Origin: Mobula hypostoma
Taxonomy: Eukaryota
Length of the DNA: 64,000 bases
Direction of reading: 5' to 3'
NCBI RefSeq assembly: GCF_963921235.1
Contig: NC_086108.1
Span: 101,992,001 to 102,056,000 of the forward strand
Part shown: one piece after another, positions 1-11,497 of the stretch
How the letters are laid out: each line of letters starts with the position of its first letter
Numbering within the stretch: the stretch's first letter is position 1
Notes under the pieces: model-generated
The model's database searches: none
Seen by the model: the letters and a program-made list of their open reading frames with translations, nothing else
What the model was told of the DNA's origin: nothing
Position numbers and translations under genes: made by a program

Positions 1-1520
1 CGAGAAGGCTATAGCGAGCAGGATTAAGGAAAACCACAAAGCATTCTACAAGTATAGAAACAAAGAAACATAGAAAACCTACAGCACAATACTGGCCCTT
101 CGGCCCACAATGTTGTGCCGAACATGTACTTACATTAGAAATTATCATAGCCCTCTATTTTTCTAAGCTCCATGTACCTGTCCAGGAGTCTCCTAAAAGA
201 CCCTGTTGTATCCGCCTCCACCACCATCGCTGGCAGCCCATTCTACGCACTCACCACTCTCTGCGTAAAAAACTTACCCCTGATATATCCTCTGTACCTA
301 CTTCCAAGCACCTTAAAACTCTGCCGCCTCATGCTAGCCATTTCCGCCCTGGGAAAAAGCCTCTGACTGTCCAAATGATCAATGCCTCTCATCATCTTAT
401 ACACCTCTATCAGGCCACTTCTCATCCTGCGTCGCTCCAAGGAGAAAAGAAGGGACATGTTTGGCACAACTTTGTGGGACAAAGGGCCTGTATTGTGCTG
501 TAGGTTTTCTATGTTTCTATGTTTCACTCTACCTATTCTCATAACTCATGCTCCAGAATCCAGGCAACATCCTTGTAAATCTGCTCTGCACACTTTCTAT
601 AATTTCCACATCCTTTCTGTAGTGAGGTGACCAGAAATGAGCACAATATTCCAAGTGGGGTCTGACCAGGGTTCTACGTAGCTGCAACATTACCTCTCGG
701 CTCTTAAACTCAATCTCACAGATGATGAAGACCAATGCACCGTATTCCTTCTTAACCACACAATCAACCTGTGTAGCAGCTTTGAGTGTCCCCTGGACTC
801 AGACCCCAAGATCCCTCTGATCGTTCACACTGCCAAGAGTTTTACCATTAATGCTATATTTTGCCATCATATTTGACCTACCAAAATGAACCACCTCACA
901 CTTATCTGTGTTGAACTCCATCTGCCACTTCTCAGCCCAGTTATGCATCATATTAATGTCCTGCTGTTACCTCTGACAGCCCTCCACACTATCAACAACA
1001 CCCCCAACCTTTGTATCAACAGCAAATATACTAACTGATCCCTCCACTTCCTCATTCAGGTCATTTATAAAAATCACGAAGAATAGAGGTCCTAGAACAG
1101 ATCCCTGAGGCACACCACTGGTCACCAACCTCCATGCAGAATATGACCCATCTACAAGCACTCTTTCTCTTCTGTGGGAAAGCCAATTCTGGATCCAGAA
1201 AGCAAGGTCCCCTTGATCCCATGCCTCCTTACTTTCTCAATAAGCCTTGCATGAGGTACCTTATCAAGAGCCTTGCTGAAATCCATATACACTACATCAT
1301 CTGCTCTAACTTCATCAACGTGTTTAGTCATATCCTCAAAAAATTCAATCAGGCTCATAAGGGACATAGGTATGTGAAGAGCAAGAAGATGAGCTATGTG
1401 AGAATATTAGAAGTGTGTACATGGAGCCAGAGGAGGTAGTGGAGGTACTTAATGAATGCTTTGCTTCGGTATTCCCCTTTGATTAGGACCTAGGCAATTG
1501 TGGGGATGACTTACAGCAGA
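1..1520 (+). mobile_element. Degenerate CR1 LINE ORF2 fragment (1-55 and ~1370-1520), split by a minus-strand CR1 insertion
   Basis: 1-55 reads EKAIASRIKENHKAFYKY and resumes at ~1370 as YVKSKKMSYVRI. The same peptide context occurs in other CR1 copies here (HEKALESRVKENPKAFF at ~16280). GTAT is present at both junctions. Confidence 0.75.
56..1365 (-). mobile_element. 5'-truncated CR1 (HER1-like) LINE, RT to 3' tail; contains a short + strand CR1 3' tail at ~449-525
   Basis: Minus-strand peptides YMDFSKALDKVPH, SGVPQGSVLGP, LVRPHLEYC, FFTQRVV in several frames; (CATAGAAA)n tail at 56-77. Confidence 0.9.
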
Positions 1521-2106
1521 CTTACTTCAGAACTTGAAAAACATTCGCCCATCAGCATCGAGGAAAACAGCCGCATAAGCATAGAGCTTTCATGAAGAGC
1601 GACCGTCATGCTGGGTCCAAACTCTGCTAACCTGGCTATGCCATCATCCCCATGGCCGCTGTAGCGAGTGAACACTGACCTCCCCTGCATCCACCTTGAT
1701 GCTTCAGTCTTTCTTGACTTTTCAAAATGGAGTCGATCATGGTCCTGCGCCTGATCTCTAGTCTTCTCCACGAAGCAGCTCGCACTCTCAGTGCTCTCCA
1801 GGGAGTATAGAGCGCTAAATCATTTGAACAAATTCCAAACTGCACAAGCTTCAACAATTTCTGAAACACAATCAAGACAAAAAGAACAAGCAGAAGATGT
1901 AGAGAAAGTTAAATACTTGAAGAGATTGCTATCTGCAAAATGTCACTCAAGGAATTGTTGTTCTCTGGCTCCATCTTGTCCGGATATCTGAAGTTTCTAA
2001 GGAAACTAAGGAGACTATGATGACGCCAAAAAATAACCTCCATTACAAACTCTTAAAAGGTGGTATCATAAAATAAAGTAATGCAACCATTCCAGAAAAT
2101 ATTCAT

Positions 2107-2112
2107 TTTATT
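2107..2112 (-). promoter_or_regulatory. Candidate polyadenylation signal (AATAAA) of the CLCA gene
   Basis: TTTATT on + strand about 255 nt past the CLCA stop codon, followed on the minus strand by a U-rich tract (~2065-2085). Confidence 0.55.
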
Positions 2113-2368
2113 GGTACAGAGCTACATCAAGATTATGCATTTTTACAGATTCTACCTCAGGAAAAACACCACGACATCCTCCAAAAACAGTGGCACCAAT
2201 CTAAAGCATGCAATCTTCTGGTCAACCCCAATAGTCTAAGCAACTAACTTGGACTGAATTTCCAAAGAAGGTCTTCCAGTTGTCTGGGAATGACTACAGA
2301 TGTCTCAGAAAATCTTCACTCTGAAACAATAATAACTCAGAATAAAGTAAATGTTCAGATTAATGAAC

Positions 2369-2790
2369 TCAGCAGTTGCATTGTCTATATTCTGATGCTG
2401 CCTCTGGCAACCTCTTCTTGCATTTCTTCTTCACAACATAATCAGTAATTCCAATAATCAAACATACAATTACTGCCACTAATACTGCAATCCAAATACT
2501 GTGCAGAACCTGTACTTTATTGTCCTCTGGTTCGTTAGGCAAAGGTACAAAGAAAGAAACGCTGGCAAAATTGGACATCTCAGAAGACTGATCCTTTTCA
2601 TCATAAGCGTGTAAAGCGAAATAGAGCATGGTTGTGTTTTTAAGTCCTGTACTTCCAATGGTAATTGTAAATGTTTCCTTGGAGCCAAATGGTTGTGGTT
2701 TCAAATTTGTCAAATTAACCTGTTCAGCTCCTGAGAAACTGTCCCGTAGCTGCAGCAGTTTCTCACTCATTCTCATCTCATAGTAGGAGG
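2369..2790 (-). CDS. CLCA: CLCA-family protein, terminal coding exon (FnIII C-terminal part, transmembrane helix, short tail)
   Basis: Acceptor tttcctttctttatcAG at 2791-2792, phase 1. Reads (A)SYYEMRMSEKLLQLRDSF...VNLTNLKPQPFGSKETF...LYFALHAYDEKDQSSEMSNFA, matching the CLCA last-exon pattern (Y.IR.S..LRD.F; P....S.E.F; S.ISNIA). Hydrophobic IWIAVLVAVIVCLIIGI precedes KKKCKKR and the stop. Paralogue identity not resolvable. Confidence 0.9.
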
Positions 2791-2984
2791 CTGATAAAGA
2801 AAGGAAATAAGTGATTGCATTGACATATTGAACGACATTGGATCAATTGTGAGAATGTGGTGAGTGCACATGCAACAGGTCAATCATGTGATGAATTGCT
2901 TGGGCCTCCTGTGTTCAGAAGGCTCTGTCTATACATGCGGGCTTTTGAGTGCATATGTTTCCATCTCAGTGGGCCCAGTTCATC

Positions 2985-3240
2985 ACTCCTTAAGACCATA
3001 AGACATAGGAGCAGAAGGTAGGCCATTCAGCCCATCGAGTTCACTCTGCCATTCTATCATGGCTGATCCCAGGTCCCATTCGTCCCCATACATCTGCCCG
3101 CTCACCATACCCCTTGATACTGTGACCAACCAGGACCTGATGATCTGATGAAGGGTCTCAGACTGTAATGTTGACTGGTTACTCTTTTCTAGAGATGCTG
3201 CCTGTCTGCTGAGTTCCTCTAGCATTTTGTGTAGAATATT
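2985..3240. mobile_element. CR1 3' tail (minus, ~2985-3135) abutting a Penelope 3'-end fragment (+, ~3135-3240) with a degenerate hammerhead
   Basis: taagaccataagacatagg tail; ctgatgaagggtctcagactgtaatgttgact followed by gatgctgcctgtctgctgagttcc. Confidence 0.65.
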
Positions 3241-3350
3241 CGGATATTTTACATTCAACTGAAGTTGTCATTAGAAACCAAAACAATGTAATTCATTTTA
3301 ATGTTGAAACCTTATCTGTTCAATTATTTTTATTCCAGTTCAATAGATTC

Positions 3351-3672
3351 AGATTAGATTAGCTTTATTTGTCATATGTATAATGAAATACCAAAACATA
3401 CAGTGAAATGTGTCATTTGTGTCAAATCAAATCAGCAAGGATTGTGCTGGGTAGTCTGTAAATGTCATCACGTTTCCGGCACCAACATCGCATGCCCACA
3501 ACTCCCTAACCCTAACCATATGTCTTCAGAATGTGGGAGGAAACAGGAGCAGCCAAAAGAAACCCACACAGTCACAGGGAATACATGCACAATCCCTACA
3601 GGCAGGACTGGGAACTGAACTTTGATCAGTGATCACTTGCACTGTAAAGTGATGGGCTACCTGCTGCACCAC
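3351..3672 (-). mobile_element. V-SINE (HE1-like) tRNA-derived SINE
   Basis: Degenerate V-domain gtgggaggaaacaggagcagccaaaagaaacccacacagtcacaggga; (AGATT)n tail with AATAAA on the minus strand. Confidence 0.7.
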
Positions 3673-4098
3673 AACACGAGGAGGATTCCCTGCCTGTAAC
3701 AATTCCAGCAGAAAGAGAGGCCAACGGTACCTTCCTTAACTCCCTGGGCCACTGTGTGTGTGTTAGTGTGCACTGGAGGTCAGAGACAGTTTGTGATCTT
3801 CAATACCAGACATTGACTGGAACTGTAGTGTCCCACTGGGACCAAAGACTTCATGAAATGTGAGAGCTGTGAAGGTGTAGGAAAGGGAAGGACTTGTATC
3901 GTATTCCCTGTGGTCATTGACTGTGGTCTTCAATACTCACAATGTGGTCATAAAATATGCTAGGGTATATCTTAGGTTAATGATTTATAGCAAAATATTA
4001 ACTTCAGCGACCAATCTTCTGAATATACATTGTAGTTTTAATATAAAAATATAGAGCAGACAGACCGGAAACAGGCAGTTAACTAGTTGTCTACATAC

Positions 4099-5047
4099 TG
4101 TGACGAGAATACACATAAATTAAGATGTTTGCTGGCCTGGGATAGCACCAGTGGCATCAGCAGTTGGTCTGCCACCTGTCCTCAGGGGAAGGAGAGATAA
4201 GGAACAATGAAGCAGCATTTGGACATGTTAATGAAGGAGTCTGGGTATTGTCTAGAGCGGCTCCCCCTTTGAACCCTGAACTGTTTGAAGTGATGGACAG
4301 ACGATCTGGAGATGTGTAATGAAGGGACGGGAGAGAGAGCTGTCTGGAGCGGCTCCCTCTTTGAACCCTGAACTGTTTGAGGTGATAGACAGGCGATACC
4401 CCAGCAGGGGGATAAAAAGGGACAGGTTCGCTAAGGCAGGACACACGACACCCGAGGTAACGAGACCCTGGAAGCGGTGTGCCTCTCACGAGTCGGTGGG
4501 AAGTATCGGACCTTAAACGCACAGGGTGGAAAGGTACGATCAGCGGGAACCCGGTGTGTGTCCACCCTCGCTTGGGTGCGGAGTTCACTGCAGAGGATCG
4601 ACCGCATCTGGAGGAGGGGTCACAGTCGGTGACCTCAGGTGACATCACCAAGGACCCACCCGAAAGCTGCTTGTGAGCAATATCGCCGGTCTGTGAGTGG
4701 ATGCCGTTTCTGAATGATCAGTCGTTCTCGTTCTCTCTCTCCCTCCCTCCCCCCACGTTGTCCATCGCCAGGGCAACGATTACTACAAACTGAACTAAAT
4801 CGAACTGGACTTTTGTGTCACTTTGAAATTGGTCATTTACCCCTAGACAACAATAGAGCTTGATTGATGCTGTTATCTTAATTCTGTGCACATGTGTGTT
4901 TATCATTCTGAACTGTTGCATTTATTATCCTTTCGATTACTGTGTTGCTTGTTTCTTTAATAAAACTTTCTTAGTTCTAGTAATCCGGACTCCAACTGAG
5001 TGATCCATTTCTGCTGGTTTGGCAACCCAGTTACGGGGTACGTAACA
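4099..5047 (+). mobile_element. Solo LTR (~950 bp) with 4-bp TSD ATAC
   Basis: Ends TGTGACG...CGTAACA; ATAC at 4095-4098 and 5048-5051; internal ~50-bp direct repeat (~4250-4300 and ~4341-4391); TATA-like gataaaa at ~4411; AATAAA at ~4959. Confidence 0.9.
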
Positions 5048-5529
5048 ATACGTACAAATCAAATCAACATCAGTCTTGGTCTGTCCTGTGTTTCTGTGAT
5101 ATCATACTGGAGGAATACTGTATCATTTCTTAATGCATGCATTACTAAATGACAATAAAAGAGGACTGCATGTCCTCATAATCTAATCTAACATCACATT
5201 GCAAGGATATGACAGTAATTAACAATTATTTTCACATGATGGTGGGAAGATCTAGGCATAAAGCTGTTGCATGTAGTTCAAAGAAAGCATTGTAAATTTG
5301 GATTTCTTTGTATTGTCCTGAATTTTTCTGTGATCTTTAGCACATAAAATGTTGTGTAGGGTTGGACCAGGCAGACGTTTCCCCCCCAAAATGGTCTCCA
5401 CTTGGTGCCTGCTGTATCTCACTTTGTGGAATAAAGAGACAGCTTCATTTCTACCAGTACTTCTCTACGGTGACTTCATTCCGACAACAACAAAATTCAC
5501 TTCAGTAGTAAAGGTACTGAATCAGGTGC

Positions 5530-5920
5530 TACGCACGCAAACACTGGAGGAAAAAGGTAAACGGTCAACATTTTGGTCTGAGACCCTTTGTCAGGACTGA
5601 GAGGGAAGGGGTGGATGTCATAATAAAAAGGTGAGGAGGTGGGAGAAAGAGGATAGTTGGAAGGTGATAGGTAAAGCAAGGTGGGTGGGAAAGAGCAAAG
5701 GCTGGAGAAGAAAGAATATGACTGGAGAGGAGAGTGGACTGGAGTGAAAGGGAAGAAGGTGAGGACTCAGAGGATGTAATATGGAACTGAGAAGTGCAAG
5801 GTCAGATTGAGGAATAGAGGAAAGGGTGAGTGGGGGTTGAACTTTGTTTGCCAGAAGGAGAAATCAATTTCAAGCCATCAGGTTGGAAGCTACCCAGGCA
5901 GAATATAAGGTGTTGCTCCA
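5530..5920 (-). mobile_element. Older Neptune-type Penelope 3' fragment with degenerate hammerhead
   Basis: Minus strand gives EQHLIFCLGSFQPDG plus a pyrimidine-rich 3' region and agtcctgacaaagggtctcagaccaaaatgttgacc. Confidence 0.75.
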
Positions 5921-8765
5921 GCAACGACCATGGACACCTTCACAGTGATTGCGCAACCACCAGCTGCGACTCCAGCCTTGAACTCCAGGCCGGGTCTTTA
6001 TGTGCTGCTGTTGTGACTCCCGTCTCCCCTTCCCCCACCACCACTCCGCAGCCCCGTCTTCCTCAGATTCCATTGTCAGCTCCTGGGCCCTCAGAGGCTC
6101 CATCTTCTTCTCACCCCAACCCTCCCCTCTCCATTGACACCCCCAGCCTCCCCCCTCACCCCTCTGATCCCAGCTCTCATCCGTGCCGGGTCTTTACCAT
6201 CCCCTCCGACCTTCAACTGTCGGAGGCAGAACGCTCTGTCCTCAGTAAGGGCCTCACGTTTGTCCCCCTTCGCCCACACCTCAGCGAGTTCCGTGTTCGC
6301 CATGATGCGGAACTCTTCTTCCGCCGTCTCCGTCTCCGAGCCTACTTCTTCGGCAAGGACTCTTCCACCCCCACCGATGACCCCTTCTCCCGTCTTCAAC
6401 CCTCCTCTTCTTCACGGACACCCCGCTCTGGTCTTCTGCCTTCTCTGGATCTCTTTATCGCTAATTGCCGACGGGACATCAACCCTCTCGACTTCACAGC
6501 ACCTTGTCCCCATTCCAACCTCACTCCTTCGGAACACTCTGCTCTCCACTCCCTCCGCACTAATCCTAACCTTATTATTAAACCCGCTGATAAGGGGGGT
6601 GCTGTTGTAGTCTGGCGTACTGACCTCTACCTTGCCGAAGCACAGCGACAACTCGCGGATACCTCCTCTTATTTACCCCTCGATCGTGACCCCACTAAAG
6701 AGCAACAGGCCATTGTCTCCCACACCATCACCGACTTTATCCGCTCAGGGGATCTCCCATCCACTGCTACCAACCTTATAGTTCCCACACCCCGCACTTC
6801 CCGTTTCTACCTCCTACCCAAGATCCACAAACCTGCCTGTCCTGGCCGACCTATTGTCTCAGCTTGCTCCTGCCCCACCGAACTCGTTTCTGCATATCTC
6901 AACACGGTTTTATCACCCCTTGTTCAATCCCTTCCGATCTATGTTCGTGATACTTCTCACGCTCTTAAACTTTTCGATGATTTTAAGTTCCCTGGGCCCC
7001 ACCGCTTTATTTTCACCATGGATGTCCAGTCCTTATATACTTCCATCCTCCATCAGGATGGTCTCAAAGCTCTACGCTTCTTTTTGGATTCCAGACCTAA
7101 TCAGTTCCCCTCTACCACCACTCTGCTCCGTCTAGCGGAATTAGACCTTACTCTTAATAATTTCTCCTTTTGCTCCTCCCATTTCCTCCAAACTAAAGGT
7201 GTAGCTATGGGCACCCGTATGGGTCCTAGCTATGCCTGCCTTTTTGTTGGGTTTGTGGAACAATCTATGTTCCGTGCCTATTCTGGTATCTGTCCCCAAC
7301 TTTTCCTTCGCTACATCGACGACTGCGTTGGCGCTGCTTCCTGCACGCATGCAGAACTCGTTGACTTTATTAACTTTGCCTCCAACTTTCACCCTGCCCT
7401 CAAGTTTACCTGGTCCATTTCCGACACCTCCCTCCCCTTTCTAGATCTTTCTGTCTCTGTCTCTGGAGACAGCTTATCCACTGATGTCTACTATAAGCCT
7501 ACTAACTCTCACAGCTATCTGGACTATTCCTCTTCTCACCCTGTCTCTTGCAAAAACGCCAACCCCTTCTCGCAATTGCTCTGTCTCCGCCGCATCTGCT
7601 CTCAGGATGAGGCTTTTCATTCTAGGACGAGGGAGATGTCTTCCTTTTTTAAAGAAAGGGGCTTCCCTTCCTCCACTATCAACTCTGCTCTTAAACGCAT
7701 CTCCCCCATTTCACATACATCTGCTCTCACTCCATCCTCCCGCCACCCCACTAGGAATAGGGTTCCCCTGGTCCTCACCTACCACCCCACCAGCCTCTGG
7801 GTCCAAAATATTACTCTCCGTAACTTCCGCCACCTCCAACGGGATCCCACCACTAAGCACATCTTTCCCTCCCCCCCCCTCTGTTCCGCAGGGATCGCTC
7901 CCTACGCAACTCCCTTGTCCATTCGTCCCCCCCATCCCTCCCCACTGATCTCCCTCCTGGCACTTATCCGTGTAAGCGGAACAAGTGCTGCACATGCCCT
8001 TACACTTCCTCCCTTACCACCATTCAGGGCCCCAAACAGTCCTTCCAGGTGAGGCAACACTTCACCTGTGAGTCGACTGGGGTGATATACTGCGTCCGGT
8101 GCTCCCGATATGGCCTTTTATATATTGGCGAGACCCGACGCAGACTGGGAGACTGCTTTGCTGAACATCTACGCTCTGTCCGCCAGAGAAAGCAGGATCT
8201 CCCAGTGGCCACACATTTTAATTCCACATCCCATTCCCATTCTGACATGTCTATCCACGGCCTCCTCTACTGTAAAGATGAAGCCACACTCAGGTTGGAG
8301 GAACAACACCTTATATTCCGTCTGGGTAGCCTCCAACCTGATGGCATGAACATCGACTTCTCTAACTTCCGCTAATGCCCCACCTCGCCCTCGTACCCCA
8401 TCTGTTACTTATTTTTATGCACACATTCTTTCTCTCACTCTCCTTTTTCTCCCTCTGTCCCTCTGAATATACCTCTTGCCCATCCTCTGGGTCCCCCCCC
8501 CCCAGTCTTTCTTCCCGGACCTCCTGTCCCATGATCCTCTCGTATCCCCTTTTGTCTATCACCTGTCCAGCTCTTGGCTCCATCCCTCCCCCTCCTGTCT
8601 TCTCCTATCATTTTTGATCTCCCCCTCCCCCTCCAACTTTCAAATCCCTTACTCACTCTTCCTTCAGTTAGTCCTGACGAAGGGTCTCGGCCTGAAATGT
8701 CGACTGTACCTCTTCTTACAGATGCTGCCTGGCCTACTGCGTTCACCAGCAACTTTGATGTGTGT
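5920..8765 (+). mobile_element. Young Penelope-like retroelement (Neptune-type): RT plus GIY-YIG endonuclease, one frameshift at ~7870-7885
   Basis: RT motifs KPADKGG, FYLLPKIHK, MDVQSLYT, GVAMGT, LRYIDD, LPFLD. Linker Cys motif and GVIYCVRC..LLYIGET..EH endonuclease (8049-8375). Net -1 shift in the poly-C tract relative to the copy at 25166-28080. Confidence 0.95.
8670..8705 (+). ncRNA. Minimal type I hammerhead ribozyme motif in Penelope 3' end
   Basis: AGTC-CTGACGA-A-GGGT-CTCG-GCCT-GAAA-TG-TC-GACT: core CUGANGA/GAAA and stem I AGTC/GACT. Stem III carries a C>T change relative to the ACGT palindrome of other copies. Confidence 0.75.
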
Positions 8766-8910
8766 TACAGATTTTAATTCTTCTTGTTCTTTCTTCCTGG
8801 GGAATGTGTTTTAATTGTGTCAACTGGTCAGCAGATTTCCCAACTATCGAATCACTTCATTGCTGAGAAGAAAAATTCCATGTAAGTTATTAAAACACAG
8901 GAACATTTAC

Positions 8911-9138
8911 CTGTTCCTTGATCCATGTCTGCTCCTGGTGCTGTCCACTGCAGCTCAATTTCATCCTGATCTATGGTTGCATGAAAGTCTGTGACTTTGC
9001 ACGGTGGAAAGTTGATGGTAGGTGTATCTGGGGGAATAGAAAGTGCTCCTCCTGATTTCACCCTGCTGAAAATTCCTACCTGAGCTGCAGAATCTCTTTT
9101 ACTAACTGGAGGCCTTGGTGGATTTGTATGGATAACAC
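8911..9138 (-). CDS. CLCA: CLCA-family protein, penultimate coding exon (FnIII N-terminal part)
   Basis: Acceptor ttctttccacatAG (9139-9140), donor G|GTAAAT (8909-8910), 228 nt, phase 1-1. Reads GVIHTNPPRP...FSRVKSGGAL...FPPCKVTDFHA...LQWTAPGADMDQGT, the CLCA signature NPPRP/FSR..SGG/FPP..ITD/WTAPG.D.D.G. Joins the terminal exon as G|CC (Ala). Confidence 0.93.
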
Positions 9139-10536
9139 CTATGTGGAAAGAAAGGAACTCAAATTGAAATTCGAATTGGTTTATTCTCATCACGTGCTGA
9201 GCTACAGTGAAAACCTTGTTCATACAGATCAATTCATTACACAGAGCGTTGAGGTAGAACAAGGTAAAATAATGCCAATGCAGAATGAAGTGTAACCACT
9301 ACTGAGCAAGTGCAGTGCAGATAAACAATAAAGTGCAAAATTCTTCCAGAATCTTCTAAACGTCAGCCAACCCAAGTCTTAGGTCATCTTTGACCTGCAT
9401 AAGCTGCGACTTGAGCTTCCTTACTGGTTATGGGTGGTATAAATCTGGTATTTTTTCAGGAACTTAGTGATCCTTCCAGAAACTGTGAAAACATATGAAT
9501 GACAAGTGGTAGCGACAGGTTCCTCCTTGTTGTTAGGTTTCCTGGTTTTTCTGTTAATGGAGGGCCCAATTGATTTCCTTCACCTTGTAGCTATTCTGTA
9601 GGAACATTTTGCATAATTGTCGTATTTCCTCAGGAAAACTCTCCAGGTCCTAAATAGTTTTTTCATGGTTAATCAAAGTTCTTCCTAACAACAATAAGGA
9701 ACCCACCGCCTGTTTTCTCTATATTTCCACAGTCACTGGAAGGATCACCAGGATCCTGAAGAAATAACCAGATTACAGGTGTCACCCGCTTTTCGAACGT
9801 TCGCTTTACAAAACCTCACTGTTATGAAAGACCTACATTAGTACCCTGTTTTTGCTTTCAGAAGGTGTTTTCACTGTTACGAAAAAAAATTCAGCACGCA
9901 AAAAAATCAGCGCGTGATAAAAGGCAGCGCGCGCCCCGAGCAGCCGCTCTCCCCCGGATTGCGAACTGCTTTGCTTTAACACGTGCCTGTGAGCTGCCGT
10001 TTGCAAGATGAGTTCTATGGTATCGGAAAAGCCTGAAAGAGCTCATAAGGGTGTTACACTTATGGTAAAACTGGACATAATTAAGCATTTTGATCGTGGT
10101 GAACGAAGTAAGGACAAAGTGAGTTTGTCTTGTGGAAGCTGACGAACATAATGTTGTAGAGGTTTTGGCATCCCATCACCAAGAACTGACAGATGAAGAG
10201 CTGATGCAATTGGAAGAAAAAAGGATAACAATCAAAACCAAATGAGTAATGATAAAGTACGACTTTAATTTTGAAAGGATACGTTGATTTAAGAGATATT
10301 TGCAGGATGGTTTGAGTCCTTATTAAAGAACTGTGTGATAGAAAAATACGCGAGGCTCAGCAGTCAAGCAAGCCTTCCACATCAGCCACAGCAGACGACG
10401 AATCTCGACCTTCGACATCGAGGCGGGTCAGAGATAGAGGAAGATGAGCTGCCTGCTCTAATGGAAACAGACGACGAGATGACACCTCAGTGTCCCACCA
10501 CCCCAACCCCCAGGCCACGGACAGATACCAATTCGA

Positions 10537-10772
10537 GGAGAATGCAACGGTAGCCGGGACGCACACAGCACATCTTTAAGAAAAAAGCAGCAATAAACAT
10601 GCTAATTAATTAGGTGCCGCCAACATGTAATTGTCAGAGATGACGCAATCAGAAATCAGCACTGATCTGGGCCGACAATTACGTGTCGGGCGGCACCTAA
10701 CTAATTAGCTTGTTTATTTCGGCTTTTTTCTTAAAGATGTGCTGTGTACCTCCCGGCTACCACTGCATTCCT
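10537..10772. repeat. ~95-bp imperfect inverted repeat inside the Tigger element
   Basis: Arm ~10537-10635 (tagccggga..cacagcacatctttaagaaaaaagc..gctaattaattaggtgccgcc..taattgtc) is reverse-complementary to ~10674-10772. Confidence 0.85.
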
Positions 10773-10944
10773 GCATGCTTCACAGCAATTTATCGCTCGG
10801 CGGCCTGGAGGGTGGGGGCCACTGCACCACCCAACCTGCGACGACTCAGTCTAACACACCATCATCAGTGTGCTCGGCAAGCTGTCTTCCCGATTCCCGT
10901 AAGTGATACTGCACTGTACATATATTATTTCTACTTTATATATT

Positions 10945-11272
10945 TCTACTTGGTATGAACCAAGTATGCCCAGAGGGGCAGATAGTCAGACAGTGTATAC
11001 ATCTTTTGCAAACCCTTCAGTAGTTGTATAGACACCTGAAGAGCAGACTATCTGTTGGATGGAAGTGACCAACAACTCTGACAGAGGCAGATGCCAAGTT
11101 TTTAAGCTCACCAGTGGGAAGTGGTGTTTTAGCACTGCTGGCCCACCACCTCGAGGGAGTCTTGATCATAAGCGGGCCGAAACTCCTGAAGACAGGTGGC
11201 AGATCAACTGATGATCCCACTGGTGATAGCACAGGACAGTTAACATCTTAGTCCACGTGTATTCTGTAACTC
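10945..11272 (-). mobile_element. LTR 5' fragment related to the solo LTR at 4099
   Basis: Minus strand agaatacacgtggactaagatgtt..caccagtgggatcatcagttgatctgccacctgtcttcagg aligns by eye with 4107-4186. Confidence 0.65.
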
Positions 11273-11497
11273 TAGGCTGCGTATTTTTACGTGTTATTTG
11301 GTATGATTTGGCAGCTTCATAGCTTAAAGGTTACTGAAGAGAGTGTTCTTGCCAACAGCGCTTGCGTGAGATTTTCGCTATGGAGAACAGTTCAGTAATG
11401 ATTGTCGGAAAGTATTTCTACTTTATATAGGCTGTGTATTTATCATATCATTCCTGCTTTTGCTATATGTTACTGTTATTTTAGGTTTTATGTGTTA

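Noticed and set aside
1511..1991. Short ORFs downstream of the CLCA 3' end
   Set aside because: No recognisable domain or splice pattern; possibly an old repeat, but I cannot assign it.
2369..2380. C-terminal CNC as a Rab-type prenylation signal
   Set aside because: CXC geranylgeranylation depends on REP recognition of a Rab fold; no support for a CLCA.
5830..5920. GTG start and N-terminus of the 740-aa ORF
   Set aside because: The first ~30 codons are the antisense strand of an older Penelope fragment; the fusion is incidental.
9139..9262. N-terminal extension of ORF 8852-9262 as coding
   Set aside because: It lies upstream of a clear splice acceptor and overlaps a LINE 3' tail; intronic.
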